Part shown: piece by piece, positions 19,086-28,062 of the stretch | How positions within the stretch are numbered: position 1 is the stretch's first letter | Layout: each line of letters starts with the position of its first letter | Assembly (NCBI GenBank): GCA_046050355.1 | Contig: JBJOPW010000001.1 | Span: 3,858-67,857, forward strand | Direction of reading: 5' to 3' | Length of the DNA: 64,000 nt | From: Candidatus Parcubacteria bacterium | Lineage (GTDB): Bacteria; Patescibacteriota; Minisyncoccia; Phycocordibacterales; UBA918 | Notes under the pieces: generated by a model | The model's database searches: none | Seen by the model: the letters and a program-made list of their open reading frames with translations, nothing else | What the model was told of the DNA's origin: nothing | Position numbers and translations under genes: made by a program

Positions 19086-19623
19086 ATACGTGATTAAATT
19101 CGTTCAGAAGTGGTCCTTCGAGGCGATTATTGATAACGTTTGCAACTGTCTGGTAGACCTCGAGGCGCTCGGTGAGATTCTTACCAAAGTCTTGGAGGAA
19201 GCGTGCTGGTGCCTCATAGTATTCTTCGACAATAGTACGGAAATTGTGGGCTTTGTCAGCGGCCGCAATCATCACGGCTTCTTTAGGTCCTTTTTTAAGT
19301 TGGACAGCATAGGCTTTTTTCTTTTCAGTCCACGACATCTTTCGCTCACCATCGTGAGTGGGTTCAGACAGTGCTTCGACGAGCACGCGCACGGTCCCAC
19401 CGAAGTCTTCCTCGAGCTCATCGAGGGTGTAGTCAGTGTCCTCGACAGTATCGTGGAGGAGGGCTGCGACTATCACGTCTTCATTCTCTGTGTAGTCATG
19501 CAAGATGAACGCCACCGACATCAGGTGGGTAATATAGGGATACGGCATCGAACCCTTTCGCTCCTGGTCGCGATGAAGAACGGCGGCGGCACGGATAGCT
19601 TGTTCAATGCGGTAGGAGTACAT
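19027..19623 (-). CDS. HD-domain phosphohydrolase (RelA/SpoT N-terminal HD_4-like)
   Basis: ...PYITHLMSVAFILHDY...VIVAALLHDTVEDTDYT... carries the H..HD metal-binding pattern. It overlaps the annotated pepF start by about 59 nt. Confidence 0.7.
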   Translation of the reverse strand: MYSYRIEQAIRAAAVLHRDQERKGSMPYPYITHLMSVAFILHDYTENEDVIVAALLHDTVEDTDYTLDELEEDFGGTVRVLVEALSEPTHDGERKMSWTEKKKAYAVQLKKGPKEAVMIAAADKAHNFRTIVEEYYEAPARFLQDFGKNLTERLEVYQTVANVINNRLEGPLLNEFNHVFESYKEFIYAVQKSQEKEF

Positions 19624-19632
19624 AAATATGAT

Positions 19633-20193
19633 TTAACGGAGTCCGCTGATCCGACGTCCTGGATTACCGGCGGACGCTTTATTTGTATTAGCCAGATTAG
19701 CTTTTTGTTGATTTGCAATTGCACGAGTGAGATCTGCCTGGAGATTACCAAGTGAACTACGCTTTTGTCTAATTTCACTATCAAGCGTATTGATTTCGCG
19801 CATGCGAGTATCGCGAGCTCGTCGTTCGGCTTCACCTTGATCTCTTGTGATGCCGTTCAGTTTTGTGTTGAGGTCGTTAAAACGATTATGCTGGTCATTG
19901 TGCTTGCGCTGCAGAGCAGACTGTTCCTCTTGGAGCTTATTGAGCTGATTCTGAAGCTTGGTTTGCTCTTTTTGATAGTAGTCAATATCTTCTTGGAGAG
20001 CTTTGAGATTATTCTGCAAGGTTTGGATTTCTTGTGCGACTTTACGTTTGTCACCGGCATACTTAACTTGAATTGCATCAAGTTCAGTCTGCATCATCAA
20101 ACTGACCCGCTGTTTCTTCGTTTCTAAATCAGTGACCCGCTTTTGCTGGTCAGTCAGGAGATCTTGTTTTGCTCGCACGTCATCAAAAGCCAT
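19633..20193 (-). CDS. hypothetical coiled-coil protein
   Basis: 186 aa with a Q/L/K-rich heptad-like composition (LQNNLKALQEDIDYYQKEQTKLQNQLNKLQEEQ). Confidence 0.5.
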   Translation of the reverse strand: MAFDDVRAKQDLLTDQQKRVTDLETKKQRVSLMMQTELDAIQVKYAGDKRKVAQEIQTLQNNLKALQEDIDYYQKEQTKLQNQLNKLQEEQSALQRKHNDQHNRFNDLNTKLNGITRDQGEAERRARDTRMREINTLDSEIRQKRSSLGNLQADLTRAIANQQKANLANTNKASAGNPGRRISGLR

Positions 20194-20198
20194 AGTAC

Positions 20199-20456
20199 CT
20201 AGAGTATAGCACCTTCTTTTTGTAAAATCTTCCTTTTTTCTACTTCCCCACCCCGGTTGTAGCCGCCAAGCCCACCGTCACTGCGGATGACCCGGTGGCA
20301 CGGAATATCGGGATTGTAGTTCTTGGCCATGAGATTCGCGACCGCTCGCGCGGCTTTCGGATTCCCTGCTCGCTTTGCTACCTCGTTGTAGGTAAGCACT
20401 TGCCCTTTTGGGATGGCTTTTACCACGCTATGCACTTTTTCACTAAACTCTGACAT
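20199..20456 (-). CDS. MGMT-family protein: methylated-DNA--protein-cysteine methyltransferase DNA-binding domain
   Basis: PCHRVI active-site motif within an 85-aa winged-helix-like domain. Confidence 0.75.
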   Translation of the reverse strand: MSEFSEKVHSVVKAIPKGQVLTYNEVAKRAGNPKAARAVANLMAKNYNPDIPCHRVIRSDGGLGGYNRGGEVEKRKILQKEGAIL

Positions 20457-20502
20457 ACGTTGATTTTACTTATTTTGCCTAGGGGTACCCTAGGCAAACG
20501 GC

Positions 20503-21285
20503 TTATTTGCTTGATTTTTTGATGGCGATGAGCTTTTTGCCACAGGCTTCACGGTACGGGCAGTATTCGCACGATGAACCGCTTTCTGGGTACATATCGG
20601 AGTCAAGCGTGGCTTTGATAGCACTAAGCGTCTTTCCTATCCAACTGGTATCCCCGACGCATGGTACGAGCGTCGTATCAAAGTGGAGGGTATCAAAGAA
20701 ACCGTCGTGGTCTTTGGTGGCGTTCGCGTACACAAAGTAGCCGGTATCCGAGACGGTAAAGCCGTTTTGGCGCAGGAGCCACTGGTAGACGCCCATTTGG
20801 CGGGCATACTGGGCACTCCAGGACGAATCATCGAGGGTGAGGATCTCACCGTCTTTGGAGGTGGCTTTATAATCAACGACAATCAATTCCCCATCCGGTG
20901 TCTGCCAGATGTCGTCGACTGCACCAGAGACGACGAGGCCTGTTTCTTTATCGGTCCACTCGATACCGGAAAAGTTGTCACGCCAGGCATCCATACTCTC
21001 GTGGACAAATGGTACCGCATCAATCTTGTACTTCTCGGCAATCGGGTGCCGGGTACCGGCGACACGGTGTGCATCAAATTCCTTTTTGAGGAGTTCATCA
21101 ACGGCAATGTTGAGATTAAATGACGGCATGCCCGGGCGTTTAGTGCCGAGTTTGTTATCAAGATAGAAACAGCGTGGACACTCCACAAAAAATTCAATCT
21201 TTGAGCGAGACAATCGCCACTTGGCGCCGCCATAATTCCACTCAGCACTCCGGTTCGGGTTGTATTTCTTTACGTATTCGGCCAT
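20503..21285 (-). CDS. PD-(D/E)XK nuclease with a Cas4/AddB-like four-cysteine cluster
   Basis: N-terminal CPRCFYL plus C-terminal CEYCPYREAC give a 1+3 Cys arrangement. An internal D..E.K-type region is present. The start was moved to the Met at 21285 because the track start would run through a perfect hairpin. Confidence 0.55.
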   Translation of the reverse strand: MAEYVKKYNPNRSAEWNYGGAKWRLSRSKIEFFVECPRCFYLDNKLGTKRPGMPSFNLNIAVDELLKKEFDAHRVAGTRHPIAEKYKIDAVPFVHESMDAWRDNFSGIEWTDKETGLVVSGAVDDIWQTPDGELIVVDYKATSKDGEILTLDDSSWSAQYARQMGVYQWLLRQNGFTVSDTGYFVYANATKDHDGFFDTLHFDTTLVPCVGDTSWIGKTLSAIKATLDSDMYPESGSSCEYCPYREACGKKLIAIKKSSK

Positions 21286-21304
21286 ATGATGCCATGAGTA
21301 TAGC

Positions 21305-21339
21305 ACAAACGGGCGGAACCGAAGGTTCCGCCCGTTTGT
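21305..21339 (-). terminator. hairpin terminator after gene 21363..21893
   Basis: Perfect 16-bp stem ACAAACGGGCGGAACC-GAA-GGTTCCGCCCGTTTGT. Confidence 0.5.
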
Positions 21340-21362
21340 ATCAAGAAAGGTCAATTATGAAC

Positions 21363-21893
21363 CTATTCTGCCTTAAACGTAGTAAATACGGTGTCTAATT
21401 GTTTGTCAGTTGCAGAGTTAAAAGACTTGTCACCACCACTGGTGTACATCATGACCGCATACTCTCGCCCTGCCACCGTTGGGGTTACGAGAGGAATTGC
21501 TGTAGGTACAACATTTCCTGCCTTACTAAAGCGAATCACACCGTTGATGTAACCAAGCTTGCCATCGTTGTACTCACGAACGCCAATCCAACCTTCTTCA
21601 ATTGGGTAAGATACTTCAGCAAGGTTAACTGAACGTCCAGCCTTCTTGTCGTTGACTACTACCTTACCATCACCCATTGGGAGAGTAGTAACTGGTGTTT
21701 CAGCTGCACCCTCTTCATTTTTTGTTTCTTCACTTGAGGTAGCGGTAGCGTCTTCCTTCTTTTCATCAGCTGGCTTCTTGTCATTGCCATTATCGCCACC
21801 CATAAATGCCCATACAAGGAGACCACCAATAAGGAGTCCAAACACAAATGAGACTACGGTCTTCTGAGATTCTTCTTTTTGTACGTCTGTCAT
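21363..21893 (-). CDS. hypothetical N-terminally anchored membrane protein with an acidic low-complexity linker
   Basis: TM helix VVSFVFGLLIGGLLVWAF, a K/E/T-rich linker, then a roughly 100-aa globular part. Confidence 0.5.
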   Translation of the reverse strand: MTDVQKEESQKTVVSFVFGLLIGGLLVWAFMGGDNGNDKKPADEKKEDATATSSEETKNEEGAAETPVTTLPMGDGKVVVNDKKAGRSVNLAEVSYPIEEGWIGVREYNDGKLGYINGVIRFSKAGNVVPTAIPLVTPTVAGREYAVMMYTSGGDKSFNSATDKQLDTVFTTFKAE

Positions 21894-21971
21894 ATACGAT
21901 TACACCAATTAGTTTAATACCCGTAATTATACCACGGATAAAAATAACGCTGATAGTTGACACTCACCCGG

Positions 21972-22817
21972 TTATTGTGCGCTGGTATGGTGACGAGTCA
22001 GTGATGTCACTTCATTAAGGACGGCCGTTTGGCGTTCTTGGCTCAAATTTAAGCCTCGTAACATATGTGGTTTTTGTATTATGTCGTTTGTCACAATCAC
22101 ATCCCGCTCAATCAAACGAGCGATTTGTTGCCGGTTAAGTGTCTGGAGCACTGTGATGGGATAAATATGGGCTCGCTGGATGCGGTCATGGAGATTATCT
22201 TTACGGGGATAATCCCAGGAGAGGAGCTTGATACCAACACATTCACTATATTTTTCGGCTGTAATGGTGAATTTGGTGTTGGTGATGAGCCAAAACTCTT
22301 TGACACCACAGATGTCGCCTTGGCAGATCTTTTGGTCACGGAGGTCCAAGAGCCGTGCGTATGAGTACATCGCTACCTGGAGGTCGGTCTTGATACCGGG
22401 CCGGGCATGGAACTTTGCTTCGCCAACAAACGCATGGTTGTCTTTATACGCAGCGATATCGATTTCATGCGGAGCACAGTGACCTTGGAGGGTGATGCCG
22501 GTATCTGTTGTATAGCCGCTCGCTTCAAAAAGTCGTGCGAGGAAGCGTTCGAATGGGAAACCAGTGGGACCAAGGCCAAGTAAGGCACGACGGAGCGCGT
22601 ACCGGGTGGCGGCGGTCGCACCGATATCGCGCAAGAGATCAAAGGCAATGCGATAGATCTCTTGGGTGCGCATACCATTGTAGAGCTGGTGCTCAATACG
22701 GGCAATAATGGTCGTTATTTCTTCGACACTGGCTCCCGCCCGACGCAACGAGCGTCGCAGCTTTTCAACTTTAAAGTACTCTGTCGTACCGTCCGCTTTT
22801 TCAACAAGAAATGTCAC
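21972..22817 (-). CDS. ATP-cone domain protein fused to a Mrr-like restriction-endonuclease (PD-(D/E)XK) domain
   Basis: N-terminal FLVEKADGTTEYFKVEKLRRSL is an ATP-cone. It is followed by GFPFERFLARLFEASGY...HEIDIAAYKDNHAFVGEAKF, which carries D...E.K. Confidence 0.5.
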   Translation of the reverse strand: MTFLVEKADGTTEYFKVEKLRRSLRRAGASVEEITTIIARIEHQLYNGMRTQEIYRIAFDLLRDIGATAATRYALRRALLGLGPTGFPFERFLARLFEASGYTTDTGITLQGHCAPHEIDIAAYKDNHAFVGEAKFHARPGIKTDLQVAMYSYARLLDLRDQKICQGDICGVKEFWLITNTKFTITAEKYSECVGIKLLSWDYPRKDNLHDRIQRAHIYPITVLQTLNRQQIARLIERDVIVTNDIIQKPHMLRGLNLSQERQTAVLNEVTSLTRHHTSAQ

Positions 22818-23881
22818 TACCGCATCATACCACCCCCCAGGCAGCGACCACCCTCATATAGTACACAGGATTGACCACTTGCGCCTTGTTCAATTGGTGT
22901 GGTTGGTTTGAGTATGAGCTCGTCTTTGGTGATCGCTACGATCGTCAATGGAAACGGTGTCTGACGGTAACGGAATTGCGCTTCGACGACGTGTCCAACC
23001 GCTGGCGCAATCGGATCTCGCCAGATCACATGACGGAGGGTGATACTGTCGTCGTTACCAAGTATTGGTGGTGTGTTTCCGACGGTGATAGTGTTCTGCT
23101 TCACGTCCTTTGCAACTACATACTGCGGCTTACTATCAGCACTGGTGTGGTGAAGGGTAAAGCCGTGACGCTGTCCTAAGGTATATACAAAAGCACCGCG
23201 ATGCTCCCCAATAACATCGCCTGCTTCATTCAAGACGGATCCGGGTACGAGATCAATATAGTGTGACAGGAATTCAGGAATATCAATATGGCCAAGGAAA
23301 CAGACACCTTGACTGTCTTTTTTGGTAGCGGTTGGGAGTCCGGCTGCGGCCGCTTCGGCCCGCAGGTCGGTCTTGACCGTGTCCCCTACCGGAAAGAGGA
23401 TTTTTTCGAGTTGTTCTGTCTTCAGTGACCAGAGGAAGTATGATTGGTCCTTCTGAGAGTCAACTCCACGCCAGAGCTCCCCTGCCCCCACTTCACCTGC
23501 ACCCTTTTGTGCGTAGTGCCCGGTGGCTACATAGTCAGCACCGTGTTCGAGCGCAAACCGTAAAAAAGCGCCAAACTTCACTTTCTCATTACAAAGGACA
23601 TCAGGATTCGGTGTGAGACCGTCTTTGTAACTCTCAATAAAGTAACTCGCCACCTCATCACGATAGGCAGCCACCGCGTCGCAGGTCAAAAACGGGATAC
23701 CAAGGTGTGCCGCGACCCGCATGGCATCAAGACGCTCTTCTTCCCAGTTACAGACGAGCCAATCTGGGTGCCAGACTTTGATGAAAACGCCCACGACTTC
23801 ATAGCCCTGGTTTTTGAGACGGAGGGCGGCGACCGATGAGTCTACCCCGCCTGATAGTCCAACAAAGACTTTTTTGCTCAT
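22817..23881 (-). CDS. mnmA: tRNA-specific 2-thiouridylase MnmA
   Basis: PP-loop VFVGLSGGVDSSVAA; matches MnmA over the full 354 aa. Confidence 0.9.
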   Translation of the reverse strand: MSKKVFVGLSGGVDSSVAALRLKNQGYEVVGVFIKVWHPDWLVCNWEEERLDAMRVAAHLGIPFLTCDAVAAYRDEVASYFIESYKDGLTPNPDVLCNEKVKFGAFLRFALEHGADYVATGHYAQKGAGEVGAGELWRGVDSQKDQSYFLWSLKTEQLEKILFPVGDTVKTDLRAEAAAAGLPTATKKDSQGVCFLGHIDIPEFLSHYIDLVPGSVLNEAGDVIGEHRGAFVYTLGQRHGFTLHHTSADSKPQYVVAKDVKQNTITVGNTPPILGNDDSITLRHVIWRDPIAPAVGHVVEAQFRYRQTPFPLTIVAITKDELILKPTTPIEQGASGQSCVLYEGGRCLGGGMMR

Positions 23882-23964
23882 ACGATGTGGCTACTATAGC
23901 CGATAATGGTAGATTTGAGAATATTTGTAGCTGACTGTATGGGACGATGTTAGAACTTTTTTGA

Positions 23965-24423
23965 CTAAAATGAATCTTTAAAATCAGCAGGGTCGAATAT
24001 ATTTGGCAAGGGTGTCACTTGACCGTCTAGACCAAGACTACCTAATTCCTCTAGACTGAAAAATTCAATTGCTTCACATTCTTCACTTGGGGTGATGTTT
24101 AGATCTTCAAACTCCACACGGTACGCTAATACGCAAGAATAAAACCAATCCATCCCTCTTCGGTCTTCATATTTCCAAGTCCAAGTATAAACTGGAGCTT
24201 TAGACATTTTAGTTACTTTTAGACCCATCTCTTCTTCAATTTCACGCCTAAAAGCGGTTGGTATATCTTCTCCAAAATCTAAACCACCACCTGGCAATTC
24301 CCATTTCTGGCCACTTAGACTTTCTGACTCTCGAGCAAGGAGTAATTTACCATCTCTAACACACAATCCTTTAATAGTTACTCGATAAAAGCAATCAGGA
24401 AACAATGGTGAAATTTGTGACAT
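23965..24423 (-). CDS. NUDIX hydrolase
   Basis: Nudix box GGGLDFGEDIPTAFRREIEEEMGL. Confidence 0.85.
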   Translation of the reverse strand: MSQISPLFPDCFYRVTIKGLCVRDGKLLLARESESLSGQKWELPGGGLDFGEDIPTAFRREIEEEMGLKVTKMSKAPVYTWTWKYEDRRGMDWFYSCVLAYRVEFEDLNITPSEECEAIEFFSLEELGSLGLDGQVTPLPNIFDPADFKDSF

Positions 24424-24529
24424 TCTAATAGTATATCAGAAACTTGCATCAGGGACTCGAACTTTTATATGTTGCTAAATATAGCTAAATTGTTGTTGCT
24501 GGCCGTCTGGGACTCGAACTTTTGGTAGT

Positions 24530-25528
24530 CTACTTCAAATACCGGGCAATATTTCGTTTGTGGTCTTCGTAGGTGGTGGCGTAGTAGAAGATGCCGTCAT
24601 TGCCGGTGATATAGAAATAGTAGTCGCTAGGTGTGGGGTCAAGGACTGCATCGATTGAGACAGCACCGGGGTTCCCAATTGGGGTTGGTGGGAGGCCATT
24701 GTTGAGGTACGTGTTGTACGGTGAGTCGATCTTGAGGTCGTCGGGAGTCAGTTCTTCGAGCGGTTTATCAAGGACGTATTCAATTGAAGCATCCGCCTGG
24801 AGTGGCATGCCATCACGGAGACGATTTTGGAGGATGCCGGAGACCATGCCCATGGATTCAACGTCATTGGCTTCACGTTCGATAATGGAGGCGAGGATTA
24901 TTACCTCAGCTTCAGATAGGCTGGTCGCTGCTATCGCAGCCCGTCTTGTGGTCATATACTCTTCGTATTTGTCCGTGAGCGTCTTCACGACATCTGTGGC
25001 AGTAAAGTGTGGCGGGATGAAGTACGTCTCAGGAAAAAGCCTACCCTCATACGGAAGTGCTGCCGCAACAAAATCAGCTTCACTAATGGTCGGCAGTGCT
25101 TCGTGGACGGTTTTCGCCAGTTCGGATACCCGCTCCCCCTCACGATGGGTGACGCGGACGAGGTTACTGGTGAAGTCGCCGGTTGCGAGTTTATCAGCTA
25201 CCTGAAAGACATTGTATGGTTTATCAAATACATACTGACTAGCTTTTATATCTTGTGGTGAGTATTTTGTGAGAATAATTGTGTAGAGGAGAAATGGTGA
25301 GCGAACTACTCCATTGGTCTTCATGGTATCGACAATTTCACTGATACTGGAACCGTCTTCAATTGTAACCGGATTACCAACGGGAAAATTGGCTGGAGGT
25401 GGCGTGAAGCGAACCAAAAAATAGATTACGCTAATAGCCAGAAGACCGAGGAGACAGAGTAAGACCATCAGATACTTGAGCGCACGCTTCGGAGTAACAA
25501 CGGTAAATGGTGATGGAGTTCCTTCCAT
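24530..25528 (-). CDS. mltG: endolytic murein transglycosylase MltG (YceG-like)
   Basis: N-terminal TM, then a YceG-like domain with EGRLFPETYFIP and a catalytic-Glu context. Confidence 0.8.
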   Translation of the reverse strand: MEGTPSPFTVVTPKRALKYLMVLLCLLGLLAISVIYFLVRFTPPPANFPVGNPVTIEDGSSISEIVDTMKTNGVVRSPFLLYTIILTKYSPQDIKASQYVFDKPYNVFQVADKLATGDFTSNLVRVTHREGERVSELAKTVHEALPTISEADFVAAALPYEGRLFPETYFIPPHFTATDVVKTLTDKYEEYMTTRRAAIAATSLSEAEVIILASIIEREANDVESMGMVSGILQNRLRDGMPLQADASIEYVLDKPLEELTPDDLKIDSPYNTYLNNGLPPTPIGNPGAVSIDAVLDPTPSDYYFYITGNDGIFYYATTYEDHKRNIARYLK

Positions 25529-25531
25529 AGA

Positions 25532-26860
25532 TTATGATCCAAAATCTCCAGTTGGTAGATTTGGTGGAGCTTCTTTACGAGTAGATGGAATTCGTGATAG
25601 CCCTGGTGTCATGACGGTACTGCTAGGGATATGGAAGATCGTAGCCAGCTCCTCAACCGACATAATTTGCATGGGCATGCTTGGCTGGAGACTGTCACCA
25701 TGAGTGATCGCACGCTGCTTGTAGCGGTTCAACTCTTTAATTTTGAGCTTTACTTTCTTATTGCCAGACCAGTCAGAGAACCAGTTATAGTCAAAGTCTG
25801 TACGCCACGCCACGCCAATTTGGTTGCGCCCGATATAATCGTACGCTGCAAAAGACCGAATAGTAGGGGCAATCATATTGCCATCAAAAGCACCCTTCTT
25901 GGTTGCGTAGACCCAGCGGATACCAACTTCGTATGCGTACTTACTCTTTTGTCGTTCCATGGCTTCAACCATACTCCGCTCGCCAGGGGTAAGGCGTGGT
26001 TGGTCAGCAAATTCAGGCGTACCATGCTTGTTTTTGTCTCGACCCATCAATTCATTAATCTTGGCTTCAATGCGCTTTTCCCACGTTCCGTGCTCATGAA
26101 AGTAGCCGGTTTTGAAATTCTTCTTGGCATGCGGAACGCAAAGAAACTGTACCCAGAGGTGCTCGTATGGCTTACACGACCCGAGATGTTCAATCATGGC
26201 AGACATTGGATCAAGCTTCTGTTCTTCTTTGGGGAGTTTGTCCATGCCAAAATCGATATAGGTTTTGATTGGGAATTCCTCATCTCCCTTTTGCTTCATA
26301 TGAAAGGCAAACAGATCATGCTGATTGATATCGGGCACGACACAAGCAGTGTAATCAATGTCTTCTTCAATCACTTCAACGCCAGGATAGTTAGCGTACA
26401 ATTGTGATTCAACTGCATTTTTAACCTTTTTGGTTGCGCAGTTTATGTAGAGGCGCACATCACCGCCAATTGAAACAATCTCAAGTGACATGACGAGGGG
26501 ATGTTTCCCATCAATATACGTCTGCCAGAGGTTGTCTGGTGACTGGACATTATGAACTTGAGCCAACACGTTTTCCATGGCTTCGGGAGACTTGAATACT
26601 TCTGCTGGCAATTTGATGCGAAGGGTCGTTCGACCTTGCTGATGCATGAATTTGTGTTTTGCAAATTCCATCCACTTTTCGTAAAGAAGCCAAAAAAGTA
26701 AAAATGGCAACCAAACCGGCGTGAAGGCAATGATAAGCGAGAGCATTGGTTCGATATCCACGCCCATGATATTGAACGTCGTGCGCATCACGAGAATGCC
26801 GATGATAATAAGAATCGGTGCTGCCAAGAATCCAAGCATGGCTTTGAACAAATCAGACAT
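25532..26860 (-). CDS. hypothetical membrane protein (2 N-terminal TM plus about 350-aa soluble domain), co-operonic with mltG
   Basis: 442 aa. Hydrophobic segments at residues about 10-30 and 40-60. I could not match it to any family. Confidence 0.55.
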   Translation of the reverse strand: MSDLFKAMLGFLAAPILIIIGILVMRTTFNIMGVDIEPMLSLIIAFTPVWLPFLLFWLLYEKWMEFAKHKFMHQQGRTTLRIKLPAEVFKSPEAMENVLAQVHNVQSPDNLWQTYIDGKHPLVMSLEIVSIGGDVRLYINCATKKVKNAVESQLYANYPGVEVIEEDIDYTACVVPDINQHDLFAFHMKQKGDEEFPIKTYIDFGMDKLPKEEQKLDPMSAMIEHLGSCKPYEHLWVQFLCVPHAKKNFKTGYFHEHGTWEKRIEAKINELMGRDKNKHGTPEFADQPRLTPGERSMVEAMERQKSKYAYEVGIRWVYATKKGAFDGNMIAPTIRSFAAYDYIGRNQIGVAWRTDFDYNWFSDWSGNKKVKLKIKELNRYKQRAITHGDSLQPSMPMQIMSVEELATIFHIPSSTVMTPGLSRIPSTRKEAPPNLPTGDFGS

Positions 26861-26880
26861 AGTTGCGTATATTGTACACT

Positions 26881-26919
26881 AAAACACGCGGTCAGGGTGG
26901 TACCCTGACCGCGTGTTTT
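26881..26919. terminator. perfect 18-bp-stem hairpin AAAACACGCGGTCAGGGT-GGT-ACCCTGACCGCGTGTTTT, bidirectional terminator-like
   Basis: Read directly; it lies between the convergent ends of 25532..26860 and 26925..27950. Confidence 0.5.
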
Positions 26920-26924
26920 GAGGA

Positions 26925-27950
26925 TTAGTCGGCCAATGAGTACTGACCATTACTCAGCCGCTTGAAGAGATTGGTATCCTGGAGATTCACGATAATCGTG
27001 TTGTCCTTGACATAACGCTCTTTGCGAACCTTTTCGATGAGTTCTTCTCGTGAGAGTGGTCCTTCATGTTCGAGGATTTCACGAAGCACATCCTTCACTA
27101 CACCAGCGGTGTAACCCCATTCCGTCAGGGCATAGAGACCGCGACCGACGAGTACAAACCGTTCATCCTTGATAAGCTCGTTGTGAGTAGTCGCTACGTG
27201 TGCCTTGTGATCAAAGAGATCCTGGATTGCCTTTGAAACTTCTTTGAAGTGCATCGGTGAGCCGTGACGTTTGACGGCGAGGTAGGCGTAGTCACGAATG
27301 CCCTTGACGCGTACATTTGGACTGTCAGCGGGACCCCAATCACCAAGTGGATTTTTGGCAATTTGTTTTGAGATCAAGAGCCACCGTTTCAAGGTCTCAT
27401 CATCATGCTTCTCAGCAATTTCGATGAGTTCGTTGCGGAATCGATTGAGGATTTCGCTCTCTGATACCAGGTCATCGCGATTGAGTGTGCCATGAACATT
27501 TTTGAGCGCTTTTTCGACTGCCTCAGCGATCTTCTTCTCAGTAAACCAACGGTGGTGGTAGAGCGGGTTTTCTTTGCCTTTGTAGAAGGCATCACCAACA
27601 ACGAGGAGGAAGTAGAGGTGGTTGCGAGTACTTTCGTCTTTGGTCAAACTATCGAGCAGAACATTTTCAGCGACTACTCCGCCACCAAGAAGGCGGATAG
27701 CTTCTTGGAGTTCTGCGAGGAGTTCAGCATGTTCACTGTAAGCGGCAGATTTTTGAATAGTGGAAATACCATAATTCTCAATCTGGCGGACGCGCTCACG
27801 GGTGATACCGTAGGTTTGGCCGATGGCTTCGAGGGTAAAAGTCTCGTTGTCATTGCCCAGACCGTAGCGTTTTTCAAGTACATCTCGGGCCCGTTCACCA
27901 ATAGCGCCAAGCAGCTTTTTGGTGACTTGTTTTGGTTTAAAGGTAATCAT
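26925..27950 (-). CDS. DNA-binding protein with an N-terminal sigma-70 region-4 HTH (no region 2) and a C-terminal winged-helix-like domain
   Basis: LEAIGQTYGITRERVRQIENYGISTIQ is a canonical sigma-70 region-4 motif. The start was moved to the Met at 27950 to avoid the overlap with leuS. Confidence 0.5.
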   Translation of the reverse strand: MITFKPKQVTKKLLGAIGERARDVLEKRYGLGNDNETFTLEAIGQTYGITRERVRQIENYGISTIQKSAAYSEHAELLAELQEAIRLLGGGVVAENVLLDSLTKDESTRNHLYFLLVVGDAFYKGKENPLYHHRWFTEKKIAEAVEKALKNVHGTLNRDDLVSESEILNRFRNELIEIAEKHDDETLKRWLLISKQIAKNPLGDWGPADSPNVRVKGIRDYAYLAVKRHGSPMHFKEVSKAIQDLFDHKAHVATTHNELIKDERFVLVGRGLYALTEWGYTAGVVKDVLREILEHEGPLSREELIEKVRKERYVKDNTIIVNLQDTNLFKRLSNGQYSLAD

Positions 27951-28062
27951 AGTGAGTTCCGCAAATATATTGGTTTTATAATCGAATTGACCACCTCCAA
28001 GTAGTCGTTGTGCCTTGTTATAGCATGCCATTTGACAAACGTCAAACACCATCGTAAAGCCT

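Noticed and set aside
24424-24530. Possible tRNA between the Nudix gene and mltG suggested by GTTCGAGTCCC-like strings
   Set aside because: No cloverleaf can be built; it is only two 15-nt direct repeats.
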